Made by a program: the position numbers and the translations under genes
Shown here: piece after piece, positions 21,367 through 31,312 of the stretch
How positions within the stretch are numbered: the first letter of the stretch is position 1
How the letters are laid out: each line of letters begins with the position of its first letter
Origin: Minisyncoccota bacterium
Lineage (GTDB): Bacteria; Patescibacteriota; Minisyncoccia; Phycocordibacterales; CAJQIN01
Reading direction: 5' to 3'
NCBI GenBank assembly: GCA_022763265.1
Contig: JALEGR010000020.1
Location: 1 to 39,738 of the forward strand
Length of the DNA stretch: 39,738 bases
The notes under the pieces: generated by a model
The model's input: only the letters and a program-made list of their open reading frames with translations
Told to the model about the DNA's origin: nothing
Database searches by the model: none

Positions 21367-21720
21367 TTAGAGAGCGTATCCTTGGTAAGACAGGTGTGTT
21401 GGGTATGCTCGGTAGTAGGCCTTAAAGAAGTATGGCCGGTTTGATTTTTTGAAGAAAGAGATGCTCACAACAAGAAAACCATCCATACTATCGTTTACCC
21501 TGATATCAATCATAATTCGATTGGCTAGCTCGAAGGCTCTCTCTAGCTCTTTCAAAATGGGACAGTGATCTGAGTGTTGATCATTAAGTCCGTAAACAGA
21601 TTTTATCAGCTTACTTTCTATTGTCATTGCTGTGGCAAGCATAGAGGCAAATTTTTGATCTTCTTCGCAGAGATCCAGCACGGCTTGATCCTTTGAGACT
21701 CCGGTTTTCCTGGGAATCAT
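21367..21720 (-). CDS. hypothetical protein (117 aa)
   Basis: GC-richer. The minus-strand SD aaaggag lies 8 nt before the ATG (MIPRKTG). No domain recognised. Confidence 0.55.
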   Translation of the reverse strand: MIPRKTGVSKDQAVLDLCEEDQKFASMLATAMTIESKLIKSVYGLNDQHSDHCPILKELERAFELANRIMIDIRVNDSMDGFLVVSISFFKKSNRPYFFKAYYRAYPTHLSYQGYAL

Positions 21721-21837
21721 GGCGATTTCTCCTTTCAAGGACGTGGCTCGTTGGGGCCTTGGTGGATAGAACTAGTTTCAGTAGGAAGATTATGACACTC
21801 TTTTCATACTGTCAACAAAAGAATATAATAACTTCAT

Positions 21838-22359
21838 ATGAAAAAACACTTACCACTAATTGTAGCCCTACTTTTACCAGTTGTTGTAGTAGCTGGAATT
21901 CTATTAACAATCTATATTTCTAAGGTACAAATTGAGCCAACATATAACATGGTATATGTCTTAGATAACCCATATCCATCATCATACGCAGGATACAGGT
22001 ATGACGTAAAGGAAGGACAAATTGTAAAGACTAACCTACCAGAAGCACCAAGTAATACTTATAGAGAAAATAGTAACGATCCGAAGTTATATATCTATGA
22101 CTTTGATACAGAGACTTCTAAAGAGATTATTGATATAAGTGATATTCAAATTGAGAAAGTTGGCAGCGTCTCTCCTGATGGCTACTCCGTATCATATTCA
22201 TATGGAAGAAACTCCGGAATCTTTGAAATATTTGGAGGATATAGTAGTGAAAGAGTTTGGTTGGTTAAGCATGGTAACAGTGGAGTATATAAAAAAGTAG
22301 ATATACCAACATCTGATTATTATAGGAACCCAGAAGTATTGGGTTGGATAAGTAAATAA
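21838..22359 (+). CDS. hypothetical N-terminally anchored secreted protein (173 aa)
   Basis: Signal or anchor HLPLIVALLLPVVVVAGILLTIYI. TATAAT (21824-21829) lies 8 nt upstream of the ATG. No SD. Confidence 0.55.
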   Translation: MKKHLPLIVALLLPVVVVAGILLTIYISKVQIEPTYNMVYVLDNPYPSSYAGYRYDVKEGQIVKTNLPEAPSNTYRENSNDPKLYIYDFDTETSKEIIDISDIQIEKVGSVSPDGYSVSYSYGRNSGIFEIFGGYSSERVWLVKHGNSGVYKKVDIPTSDYYRNPEVLGWISK

Positions 22360-22360
22360 T

Positions 22361-23281
22361 ATGGACAAGAATCAATTATTACAATTAGTAAAAGAGTCAG
22401 TAGATAAGGGAGAGATATCCAAATCTGAAGTAAACTCTCTTTTCCAAAAAGATGGAAATCACGCAAGTAGGATTATCAACATTCTGTATGCTATCGGTGG
22501 AATAGTTATTCTAGCTGGTGTCATTGCACTAATCGCTCAAAACTGGGAAAGCTTACCTTCATTTGCAAGAATCCTGACCACCCTTGGCATGTCTATAGCT
22601 TTATATCTTGCCGCTTCTCTAGTCGTAAAAAGTAAAGAAGTTCTTTCACAAGTTCTGGCCGCAGTTTCTTTTGCGCTACTTCCTGTTGGTATAGGTGTTT
22701 CAATGTATGAAGGAGGGTCATTGATCGATAGGCCAGTTGATTTTGTTGTAATCTCTGGAATATCAACAATAGTTTCTGTAATATCGTATTTCACATTAAA
22801 GAAACTTCCTGTAACTATAATCTTCAACACCGTCTTCATTACAGCCCTAACATATAGTTTCGTATCACTAATCATGGAGAATGTCGGCTACACTGAGTTT
22901 AATGTATTCACCTATCTAACCATGGCTATTGGTATCTCGTACATAATTTTAGGAAGATATCTTTCTAACGAAAGATTAAGACAGCTACTTGTATCTATTG
23001 GAACACTAGGGCTTTTGATTGCAGGTATAACTCTTTCTGGACTTTGGGATGTTCTCTACATATTTATATTGTTTGCAGTATTTTTATTGAGTTCATATTG
23101 GAAGAAAAGATCAATGCTTGTCTTTGGGTCAATCTTCCTAATCTCCTATCTTTTTGAAATTACTTCAAAATATTTTGCCGGAAGTGTTGGCTGGCCAATT
23201 GCTCTAATTCTCCTTGGAATTTTGACAATTGCAATTGCCATAGTAACCTTTAGGGTTAGTAGAAAATATATAAATGAATGA
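22361..23281 (+). CDS. polytopic membrane protein (306 aa), possibly DUF2157-like
   Basis: Short soluble N-terminus followed by about 8 hydrophobic helices. Confidence 0.55.
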   Translation: MDKNQLLQLVKESVDKGEISKSEVNSLFQKDGNHASRIINILYAIGGIVILAGVIALIAQNWESLPSFARILTTLGMSIALYLAASLVVKSKEVLSQVLAAVSFALLPVGIGVSMYEGGSLIDRPVDFVVISGISTIVSVISYFTLKKLPVTIIFNTVFITALTYSFVSLIMENVGYTEFNVFTYLTMAIGISYIILGRYLSNERLRQLLVSIGTLGLLIAGITLSGLWDVLYIFILFAVFLLSSYWKKRSMLVFGSIFLISYLFEITSKYFAGSVGWPIALILLGILTIAIAIVTFRVSRKYINE

Positions 23282-26200
23282 TTACGATCACAAGAAGATA
23301 GAGGGGAAGTGGCAAAAAGAGTGGGAAAAACAAGAGTTGTACAAAGTAGAGGATAAAGATAAGGATAATTTCTATACTTTAGTTGAATTTCCATACTCAT
23401 CAGGAAACCTTCATATTGGTCATTGGTATACTTTTGCTGTACCTGACATATACGCAAGATATATGAGGATGACTGGAAAGAATGTCCTGTATCCAATAGG
23501 TTTTGATTCTTTTGGTTTGCCTGCTGAAAATGCTGCTATAAAAAGAAATTTAAACCCAAAAAAGTGGACTGATGAAAATATTGAGTATATGAGGGGACAG
23601 CTAAAGTCTATTGGTGCTTCTTTTGATTGGTCTAGAGAGCTAAAGACATCAGATCCTGATTACTATAAATGGACACAATATATCTTTACAAAGATGTTTG
23701 AGAAAGGTTTGGCGTATAAGTCAGAAGCTGCAGTAAACTGGTGTCCTTCTTGTATGACGGTTTTGGCTAACGAGCAGGTTGTAAATGGGTTATGTGAAAG
23801 GTGTGATACTGAAGTAGAGAAGAAAAAACAGGAACAATGGATGTTGAAGATCACAGATTATACTGAGGATCTTTTGAGTGGTCTAGATGATCTTGATTGG
23901 CCAGAGGAGATAAAGGAATCACAAAGAAACTGGATTGGCAAAAGTAGAGGAATGCTTTTGAAGTTTAAGGTGGGTGATGGAGAGGTTTCCGTTTTCACCA
24001 CAAGACCTGACACTATATGTGGTGTTACATATATAGTTCTTGCCCCAGAACATCCATTGATTGATAAGTTAGATATTAATAATAGGAAGGAGGTAGAAGA
24101 CTATATCGGGAAGTCACTCAAAAAAACTGAACTAGAAAGACAAACAGATCAGAAAGAAAAGACTGGTGTAAAACTAGAAGGGGTTTTTGCTAGGAATCCG
24201 ATAACTAATGAAGAGGTGCCAGTATACGTTGCTGATTATGTTCTAGCAGCATACGGAACAGGTGCTGTTATGGCAGTTCCAGCTCATGATGATAGAGACT
24301 TTGATTTTGCTAATAAGTTTGGGTTGCCAATTAAAGAAGTTGTAATACCAAATAGAGTTGATAAAAAAAATCCACCAGTTCCTGGAAAGAAATCAGTAGA
24401 AAGACAAAATGTACATGTTGTTGTAAAGAATCCAAAAGATGGAAAGTATCTTCTACTGAAATGGAAAGAGTATGACTGGACAACGTTTCCAATGGGTGGA
24501 GTTGAGGAAGGTGAGTCTCTGATTGAAGCTGCCAAAAGAGAGGTTCTAGAGGAAACGGGATATAAGAATTTGATTAATGGAAAAGTTCTTGGTGGTCAAG
24601 TTAGAGCTGAATATTTTGCAGCTCATAAAGATGAAAATAGGGTTTCTTTCACTAACCTAGTTACTTTTGATTTGGAGAATGAGGAACAAGATGAGGTTGA
24701 TGAGGAAGAATCCTCAAAACATGAGGTATGTTGGGTAGATGGGAAAGATCTAACTTTAGAGAAAATGACCCATGCTGAAATGGATGTGTGGATTTCAAGA
24801 TTAGACAAAGAATCTGGGGCATATACAGGGGATGGTGTGTTAGTTAACTCAGATGCAAGACTTCCTATATTCGGCAAAGAACATGAAAATGAAGAGTTTA
24901 GAAAAACAATTACTGGCATTGTTCAGAGAAAAGACGGAAAAATACTTTGTGTAAAATGGAAAGAGTTTGGATGGACATCTCTACCTATTGGAGGAATAGA
25001 TAAGGGTGAATTACCAGAGGAAGCAGCTCCTAGGGAGGTTCTAGAAGAAACTGGGTATAAAACTAAAGTTGTTAGGAGAATTGGGGGTCCAGTCGAAATG
25101 CATTTCTATGCAGAGAATAAGAAAGTATGGAGAAATAGGTTAGACCAAGCTGTTCTTCTGGAGCTGATAGATGACAAACAAGAAGACATTTCTAAAGAAG
25201 AAACAGAAAGACATGAATGTATGTGGCTTAATCCAGAGGAAGCAATAAATAATATGACTCACCCGGAGAATAGGCTTTGTCTAGAAAGGTTGGTGAGATC
25301 CGATGATTCATATACAGAAGGTGCAGATGAAATAAAAGGATATAACTTTAATGGTATACCTAATACCAAAGTCGAAATACCCGGAGAGAAAAAGACTACA
25401 TATAGGCTACGAGACTGGTCAGTTGGTAGACAAAGGTATTGGGGTACACCAATACCTGTAGTATATGATCCAGAGGGTAATCCTCACCCTATACCAGAAG
25501 AGAATTTACCATGGACTTTACCAGAAGATGTAGACTTCAAGCCAACTGGAGAACCTCCTCTTGCCAAATCAAAGGAATTGAAAGAAAGAACTGAAAAGAT
25601 TTTTGGTGAAGGTTGGAGACCAGAAGTTGAGACTATGGATACCTTCTTAGACTCTTCATGGTATTTCCTTAGATATATTGATCCCAGAAATAAAAAGGAA
25701 ATTTCATCTAAAGACATACAGAAAAACTGGATGCCAGTAGATCAATATTTTGGTGGTTCAGAGCACACTACCATGCATCTTCTTTTTGCTAGATTCTTCC
25801 AGAGGGTACTATATGACCTTGGGATGGTAACTGAGCAAGAACCATTCAAAAAGAGACTGAACAGAGGCCTTATAATGGGCCCAGATGGCTCAAAAATGAG
25901 CAAATCGAAGGGTAATGTCGTTGATCCAGATGAAGTAGTGGAAAGAGTTGGGGCTGACACCGTAAGGATGTATCTAGCTTTTATTGGTCCGTATGCAGAG
26001 GTTGGATCATATCCGTGGGATATGGGTGGTATTGTAGGTATTAGAAGGTTCCTAGAAAGGGTTAACTCTATAAAAATTACTGAGTCTAGCGATGCTATAA
26101 AAAGCTTACTACAGAAAACAATCAAAAAAGTTACGGATGATTTTATATTATTTAAGTTCAACACTGCTATTAGTAGTCTTATGATCTTTTTAAACTCTGT

Positions 26201-26555
26201 TCAAAAGGAAGGTATTGGAAAAGATGAGTATCTAGTGTTTCTGAGACTTTTAGCACCATTTGCACCACACTTATTAGAAGAGCTGTGGAAAAAGTCTGGC
26301 ATGAAAGAGTCAATTCATCTAAGTAAGTGGCCGAAGTATGATGAGAGTATGGTAGTAGAAGAAGGAGTCAAAGTTATGGTTCAAATTGATGGAAAGGTTA
26401 GAGGATCTATCTTGGTAGATAAGGATATTTCTGATAATGAGTTAGAAAAAATTGTAACTTCAGATGAGAAATTATCAGGATGGATATCTAAAGATTATGA
26501 AGTTAAAAAAGTAGTCAAAAACAGACTAATTAGTCTAATTAATAAAAGTGCTTGA
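23274..26555 (+). CDS. leuS: leucyl-tRNA synthetase with two inserted Nudix domains (1093 aa)
   Basis: LeuRS signatures: LHIGH, Cys cluster CPSC..CERC, CP1 editing motifs TTRPDT and YGTGAVMAVPAHDDRD, YRLRDWSVGRQRYWG, KMSKSKGN. Two canonical Nudix boxes at nt 24495-24563 and 24990-25058. Confidence 0.9.
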   Translation: MNDYDHKKIEGKWQKEWEKQELYKVEDKDKDNFYTLVEFPYSSGNLHIGHWYTFAVPDIYARYMRMTGKNVLYPIGFDSFGLPAENAAIKRNLNPKKWTDENIEYMRGQLKSIGASFDWSRELKTSDPDYYKWTQYIFTKMFEKGLAYKSEAAVNWCPSCMTVLANEQVVNGLCERCDTEVEKKKQEQWMLKITDYTEDLLSGLDDLDWPEEIKESQRNWIGKSRGMLLKFKVGDGEVSVFTTRPDTICGVTYIVLAPEHPLIDKLDINNRKEVEDYIGKSLKKTELERQTDQKEKTGVKLEGVFARNPITNEEVPVYVADYVLAAYGTGAVMAVPAHDDRDFDFANKFGLPIKEVVIPNRVDKKNPPVPGKKSVERQNVHVVVKNPKDGKYLLLKWKEYDWTTFPMGGVEEGESLIEAAKREVLEETGYKNLINGKVLGGQVRAEYFAAHKDENRVSFTNLVTFDLENEEQDEVDEEESSKHEVCWVDGKDLTLEKMTHAEMDVWISRLDKESGAYTGDGVLVNSDARLPIFGKEHENEEFRKTITGIVQRKDGKILCVKWKEFGWTSLPIGGIDKGELPEEAAPREVLEETGYKTKVVRRIGGPVEMHFYAENKKVWRNRLDQAVLLELIDDKQEDISKEETERHECMWLNPEEAINNMTHPENRLCLERLVRSDDSYTEGADEIKGYNFNGIPNTKVEIPGEKKTTYRLRDWSVGRQRYWGTPIPVVYDPEGNPHPIPEENLPWTLPEDVDFKPTGEPPLAKSKELKERTEKIFGEGWRPEVETMDTFLDSSWYFLRYIDPRNKKEISSKDIQKNWMPVDQYFGGSEHTTMHLLFARFFQRVLYDLGMVTEQEPFKKRLNRGLIMGPDGSKMSKSKGNVVDPDEVVERVGADTVRMYLAFIGPYAEVGSYPWDMGGIVGIRRFLERVNSIKITESSDAIKSLLQKTIKKVTDDFILFKFNTAISSLMIFLNSVQKEGIGKDEYLVFLRLLAPFAPHLLEELWKKSGMKESIHLSKWPKYDESMVVEEGVKVMVQIDGKVRGSILVDKDISDNELEKIVTSDEKLSGWISKDYEVKKVVKNRLISLINKSA

Positions 26556-26596
26556 CTTTTATTTGACTAAATGATAAAAATTAAACCATAGAAAAT

Positions 26597-27637
26597 ATGG
26601 ATAAGACAAATAACAAAATCACATTTAAACCAAAACAGGTAACAAAGAACCTGATTGCTGTTCTTAACGACCGGGCAAAAGACGTTATTATAAGCCGATA
26701 CGGTCTTGGTAAAGATACAGAGCGTTTAACTCTTGAGGCTATAGGCCAAAAATATGGTATTACACGAGAGCGTGTAAGACAGATTGAGAATCATTCTCTT
26801 AATCAAATAAGAAAATCAGAAGCCTATGATAAGGAGACTTCTGTTTTTGATGATTTAAAGAGTTACATAGATGACCTTGGAGCTATTGTTTCAGAAGAAG
26901 ACCTCCTAGAGACAATTGCAAAAGATGATAGTACTAGGAACCATATCCATTTCCTACTTGTTCTCGGACATCATTTTATGAAAGATAAGGAAGATGATAA
27001 TTTTGCTCACAGGTGGTATGTAGACAAAGAGGTAGCTGATGAAATTCATGGAGTACTTGATAAGGTTTACAAGAATCTTTCAGATGATGACATTATTCCG
27101 GAGTCAGAAATGATTTCTGACTTTCTAGATTATGTAAAAGATGTTTCCGATAAGCATAGAGATGAAGAAGTTGTCAAAAGGTGGCTTAGACTTTCAAAGA
27201 AGATTGGCCGAAATGACTTGGATGAATGGGGAAGGTCAACATCACCAAATATTAATGTGAAAGGTATTCGTGATTATGCATTCCTTGTAATTAGAAGGCA
27301 TGGATCACCAATCCACTTTAGGGAGGTTGCTAAGTCTATTAACGAAATCTTTAACAAGAAAGCACATGAGGCTACAACTCATAATGAGTTAATTAAGGAT
27401 CCAAGGTTCGTTCTAGTTGGAAGGGGTCTATATGCTCTTACAGAATGGGGATACACTAGTGGAGTTGTAAAGGATGTTATTAAAGAAATACTTGAAAAAA
27501 ATGGTCCACTAACTAAAGATGAGGTTATTGAGAAGGTTCTTAAGGAAAGATACGTGAAGGAAAACACAATTATGGTAAACCTTCAGAATCCAAACTACTT
27601 TAAGAAGACAAAGGAAGGAAAGTATACTCTAGCGTAA
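26597..27637 (+). CDS. DNA-binding protein with sigma-70 region-4-like HTH and C-terminal HARE-HTH-like domain
   Basis: LTLEAIGQKYGITRERVRQIENHSLNQIRK matches sigma r4. IHFREVAKSI...FVLVGRGLYALTEWGY resembles HARE-HTH or RpoE-N. Confidence 0.55.
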   Translation: MDKTNNKITFKPKQVTKNLIAVLNDRAKDVIISRYGLGKDTERLTLEAIGQKYGITRERVRQIENHSLNQIRKSEAYDKETSVFDDLKSYIDDLGAIVSEEDLLETIAKDDSTRNHIHFLLVLGHHFMKDKEDDNFAHRWYVDKEVADEIHGVLDKVYKNLSDDDIIPESEMISDFLDYVKDVSDKHRDEEVVKRWLRLSKKIGRNDLDEWGRSTSPNINVKGIRDYAFLVIRRHGSPIHFREVAKSINEIFNKKAHEATTHNELIKDPRFVLVGRGLYALTEWGYTSGVVKDVIKEILEKNGPLTKDEVIEKVLKERYVKENTIMVNLQNPNYFKKTKEGKYTLA

Positions 27638-27648
27638 TATACAAAAGT

Positions 27649-27668
27649 CTCCCGAGAGGGAGTTTTTT
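27649..27668 (+). terminator. rho-independent terminator
   Basis: CTCCC-gaga-GGGAG plus T6. Confidence 0.65.
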
Positions 27669-27679
27669 GTTTGTATATT

Positions 27680-27688
27680 TGGTAGAAT
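27680..27688 (+). promoter_or_regulatory. extended -10 (TGgTAGAAT) 7 nt upstream of the ATG at 27696, implying a leaderless mRNA
   Basis: No SD. Confidence 0.45.
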
Positions 27689-27695
27689 TTTACAT

Positions 27696-28343
27696 ATGAA
27701 ATTGTATGAACAAATGAATAAGGACAACACAGCTTTAGTAATAATAGATGTGGTTAATGGCTGTGCTAACCAAGAGTGTGAAAGTCCTGAGTACGGAATT
27801 ACTTTTAGTAAAATTAGAGAAATGGTTCCTAGTTTAAAAGAATTTATTGATACATTCCGAAAAGAAGTTGGTGCTCAGATCATATTTATCAATATAGCGC
27901 CCTGGGTTAAGGGAGAGGTTGCAGAAAATATTACTGAGTTATACGAGACATACCCTGAGACCAATTACTTTTCAGATAATAATAGTGAGTTCGAGGGCAG
28001 TTATTTTGGCATTGATCCTCAAGAAGGAGACATAAGGTTAACTAAAAATACAACTAGCTCATTTGCTGATGGAAAGCTAGGTAAGGTACTAAAGGAAAAA
28101 GGAATCAAGTATCTAATAGTTTCAGGTATATTTGGAGATGGTTGTGTAATGGCTACTGTCGAACACGGTTTTGGACTAGGGTATGGATTTGTACTACTCG
28201 ATGATTTTATAGAAACTACGGATGTCCCAAAAAGGCAAGAGCTACAGAAATTATTAAAAACTATTGCTTGGCCGAATCTAATAGGTCCTGTTATGACAGG
28301 AAAAGAGTTTGTTGAATCCTGGAAGGAACAAAAGATTTCTTAG
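27696..28343 (+). CDS. isochorismatase-family cysteine hydrolase
   Basis: ALVIIDVVNGC, LIVSGIFGDGCVMATVEHGF. Confidence 0.75.
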   Translation: MKLYEQMNKDNTALVIIDVVNGCANQECESPEYGITFSKIREMVPSLKEFIDTFRKEVGAQIIFINIAPWVKGEVAENITELYETYPETNYFSDNNSEFEGSYFGIDPQEGDIRLTKNTTSSFADGKLGKVLKEKGIKYLIVSGIFGDGCVMATVEHGFGLGYGFVLLDDFIETTDVPKRQELQKLLKTIAWPNLIGPVMTGKEFVESWKEQKIS

Positions 28344-28402
28344 CTATAATTCCAATATCCAAATACACACCCACACAATATTACGATATACTATATATCG
28401 TA

Positions 28403-29611
28403 ATGGATATAAACCGCTACATAATTGAAGCTATAATCTTTTTATACAAAAGTTCATTTTTTTGGCTACCGATTATTCTGATCTTTGTGGCTGTCATTCT
28501 TTGGATGAGATATATCAGATATGTCTTTCTTTCAAAACAAGAAACTATTTTGCTTGAGATAAAAATTCCCCAGGAAGTAAAGAAATCTCCTGCAGCTATG
28601 GAAATTTTTCTTAGTGCTCTATATCAAAAAGGTGCAGCAACATTTATTGATACATATCTTGGTGGAAAAGTACCACCTTGGTTTTCATTAGAGCTGGTAT
28701 CAATTGGAGGAGATGTTCATATGTTCATCTGGGCTTTTGAGAAGTATAGAACTATGATTGAACACCAGTTATATGCTCAGTATCCAAATGTTGAAATATA
28801 TGAAGTTGATGACTATACAAAAGGTATTCCACATGACCCTGATAATTGGCCAATGTGGGCAACCTATTTCAAGCTATCTCAGGCAGATGCTTATCCGATA
28901 AAAACATATATTGATTATGGATTAGATAAAGACCAAGAAGAGGAGTACAAGATTGATCCAATGACTGCAGTTTTAGAGTACTTAGGATCCTTGAAAAAAG
29001 GAGAACAGTGTTGGATACAGATTTTACTTGCTGCGAATAAGTCTGAGGGGTTAGGAGAAGGGAGATTAAAAAAGAAACCTGATTGGAAAAAAGATGTTGA
29101 AAAAGAGATTGAGAAAGTTATGGAGCCGTTTTCTCCTGGAGAAGGTAAGTTTCCAAGACCACAAACTAGAGGTGAGCAAGATAAATTGGCAGCACTTGAA
29201 AGAAGTCTGTCAAAGCCGGCTTTTGACTGTGCCATTAGGGGTGTATATATTTCAGAGAAAGAATCATTTAATCCAGGAGTTAGTATTCCGGGCCTTATCG
29301 GTACCTTTAGACAGTATAGTTCAAATACTATGAATGGCTTCAGGTTGGGTAAGTTTACTGACTTTGACTATCCATGGCAGGATTTTAGAAGAATGAGAAG
29401 AAATAAGATTGAGAAACAAATGCTTGAAGCATACAAACTTAGATCTTTCTTCCAAGAGCCATATAAGTTTTTTAAACAAAAACCTTTTATACTTACAACT
29501 GAAGAAGTAGCGACAATTTTCCATATGCCAAGCGGTATTGCAGTTCAGACTCCTACATTTACTAGAGTTCCATCTAAGAAAGCAGAGCCACCATCAAACC
29601 TTCCACTATGA
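28403..29611 (+). CDS. hypothetical membrane-anchored protein (402 aa)
   Basis: N-terminal TM hairpin and a large soluble domain. Low-GC backbone style. Confidence 0.55.
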   Translation: MDINRYIIEAIIFLYKSSFFWLPIILIFVAVILWMRYIRYVFLSKQETILLEIKIPQEVKKSPAAMEIFLSALYQKGAATFIDTYLGGKVPPWFSLELVSIGGDVHMFIWAFEKYRTMIEHQLYAQYPNVEIYEVDDYTKGIPHDPDNWPMWATYFKLSQADAYPIKTYIDYGLDKDQEEEYKIDPMTAVLEYLGSLKKGEQCWIQILLAANKSEGLGEGRLKKKPDWKKDVEKEIEKVMEPFSPGEGKFPRPQTRGEQDKLAALERSLSKPAFDCAIRGVYISEKESFNPGVSIPGLIGTFRQYSSNTMNGFRLGKFTDFDYPWQDFRRMRRNKIEKQMLEAYKLRSFFQEPYKFFKQKPFILTTEEVATIFHMPSGIAVQTPTFTRVPSKKAEPPSNLPL

Positions 29612-30588
29612 GAAACTTCCACATTCTCCTAAAAACCGAGAGGCAATTTCTTTTGGCTACAATTTTATTTGTTATCATTCTTTTGGGTATTTTCTTTCAG
29701 TTTGCAATCATTGCCCCACAAGATTTCCAAAATGACACTTTAGTTGTCATATCACAAGGACAAACTTTGAAAGAAATTTCTATTCAACTAGAAAAGGAGA
29801 AGATTGTGTCATCTGACAAGATTTTCTCTAGAATTATTGTCCTTTTGGGAAGCGAAGGGTCTGTTCAGGCTGGTAGTTACTATTTCAAGGAGCCAGAGAA
29901 TGCTTTCTCAGTTGCAAAAAGACTGATTTCTGGTGATAAGAGATTGGACTCACTTAGAATTACAATTCCAGAAGGTGTAACACTTGCTACAATGGCGGGT
30001 TTATTTGAACAAAAGTTTGAGCAATTTAACAGGGAAGAGTTTATGAGACTAACAGAAGGAAAGGAAGGATATCTTTTCCCAGACACATATTTCTTCTTCC
30101 CTGATGTGAAAACCATTGAAATAGTAGAGCGACTAGAGGATGCGTTTAGAGAAAAAACTGTTGAATTAGCAAAGAGGGTGGAAGAGTCTGGAAGAGACTT
30201 CCAGGAAATTATTACTATGGCCTCAATTGTAGAAGCAGAAGCATATGACTTGGAAGATAGGAAGTTGATAGCTGGAGTTTTGTGGAATAGATTAGAAATT
30301 AATATGCCACTTCAGGTTGATGTAACTTTCAGGTATATAAATGGAAAAGGTACTTTTGATTTGACACTAGATGATCTAAATCTAGATTCTCCATACAATA
30401 CGTATAAATATACTGGACTTCCACCAACTCCAATATCAAACCCAGGACTTGAATCTATTGAAGCAACTATAGACTATACTCCAAATGATTATCTTTACTT
30501 TTTAGCTGATGATTCTGGGAATATTCATTATTCAGAAACTTTTGAGGGACATAAACAAAAGAAGAGTATTTATATAGATTCAAGATAG
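29608..30588 (+). CDS. mltG: endolytic murein transglycosylase MltG (YceG family)
   Basis: N-terminal TM, ASIVEAEA, LQVDVTFRY, SPYNTYKYTGLPPTPISNPG. ATGA overlap with the upstream gene. Confidence 0.85.
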   Translation: MRNFHILLKTERQFLLATILFVIILLGIFFQFAIIAPQDFQNDTLVVISQGQTLKEISIQLEKEKIVSSDKIFSRIIVLLGSEGSVQAGSYYFKEPENAFSVAKRLISGDKRLDSLRITIPEGVTLATMAGLFEQKFEQFNREEFMRLTEGKEGYLFPDTYFFFPDVKTIEIVERLEDAFREKTVELAKRVEESGRDFQEIITMASIVEAEAYDLEDRKLIAGVLWNRLEINMPLQVDVTFRYINGKGTFDLTLDDLNLDSPYNTYKYTGLPPTPISNPGLESIEATIDYTPNDYLYFLADDSGNIHYSETFEGHKQKKSIYIDSR

Positions 30589-30597
30589 ATTTTATAT

Positions 30598-30625
30598 AAA
30601 AAGGCCCCTGTTTTGGAGGCCTTTT
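30598..30625. terminator. bidirectional hairpin terminator between convergent genes
   Basis: AAAAGGCC..GGCCTTTT, with an A-run on the 5' side and a T-run on the 3' side. Confidence 0.6.
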
Positions 30626-30627
30626 GG

Positions 30628-31278
30628 TTATGCTCGAAGGGACCAGTCGATAGTTCCCAGTGGACTACGATTACTTCTACAGCACAGAATTGTTAGTGGC
30701 TCCAAATATAATGGTAACCTGTGCCTATACTCACTGTTAACTGTTTCAGCGAATATACAAATAAAAGCTGAGATATAAGCATCAGCTGAGATATCAGCAG
30801 GATCTGTCTTTGAGTCACCTCTTTTCATGTGGCTGACGATCATTCTGGCTATCTCTTTGATGCGTTCATCAGTACATTTTTGACTCGATGCTTCTATGAG
30901 TAGAAGTCTCAACTGAGGAGGTGTGATTACGACATTATCCTTGATCAGTTTGGTAAGATCAATTGTGCCAAGTCCAATTTTACTAGCTGACCTTCTGTAA
31001 GACTCGAAGCTTGTCTTGCGTTTAATTTGCTCATCAAACAAATCAACAATAAGCGTAAGTACTGGGTTAACCTGTTTAAAACGGGAATCCTTAACCAGGT
31101 TTATCGAAACAAATTGCTGACCAGAAGGGTCAATCCCATATCTCAGTATGACGGATTCGCAACCGCCAGGTTTGATGGTACATTCATCAGAAATGTCGAA
31201 CGCTTTAATTGTTGGCGTGTTGCCATATAAGTAGTCGGCACCAAGGTTTTGAATTTCAGTATCCGTTAAACGTCGCAT
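30628..31278 (-). CDS. hypothetical protein (216 aa)
   Basis: GC-richer. Minus-strand SD gaaaggag. Own TTGACA promoter. No domain recognised. Confidence 0.6.
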   Translation of the reverse strand: MRRLTDTEIQNLGADYLYGNTPTIKAFDISDECTIKPGGCESVILRYGIDPSGQQFVSINLVKDSRFKQVNPVLTLIVDLFDEQIKRKTSFESYRRSASKIGLGTIDLTKLIKDNVVITPPQLRLLLIEASSQKCTDERIKEIARMIVSHMKRGDSKTDPADISADAYISAFICIFAETVNSEYRHRLPLYLEPLTILCCRSNRSPLGTIDWSLRA

Positions 31279-31312
31279 ATCTAGCTCCTTTCAAAGTTAC
31301 AGCTCTGCCTAC

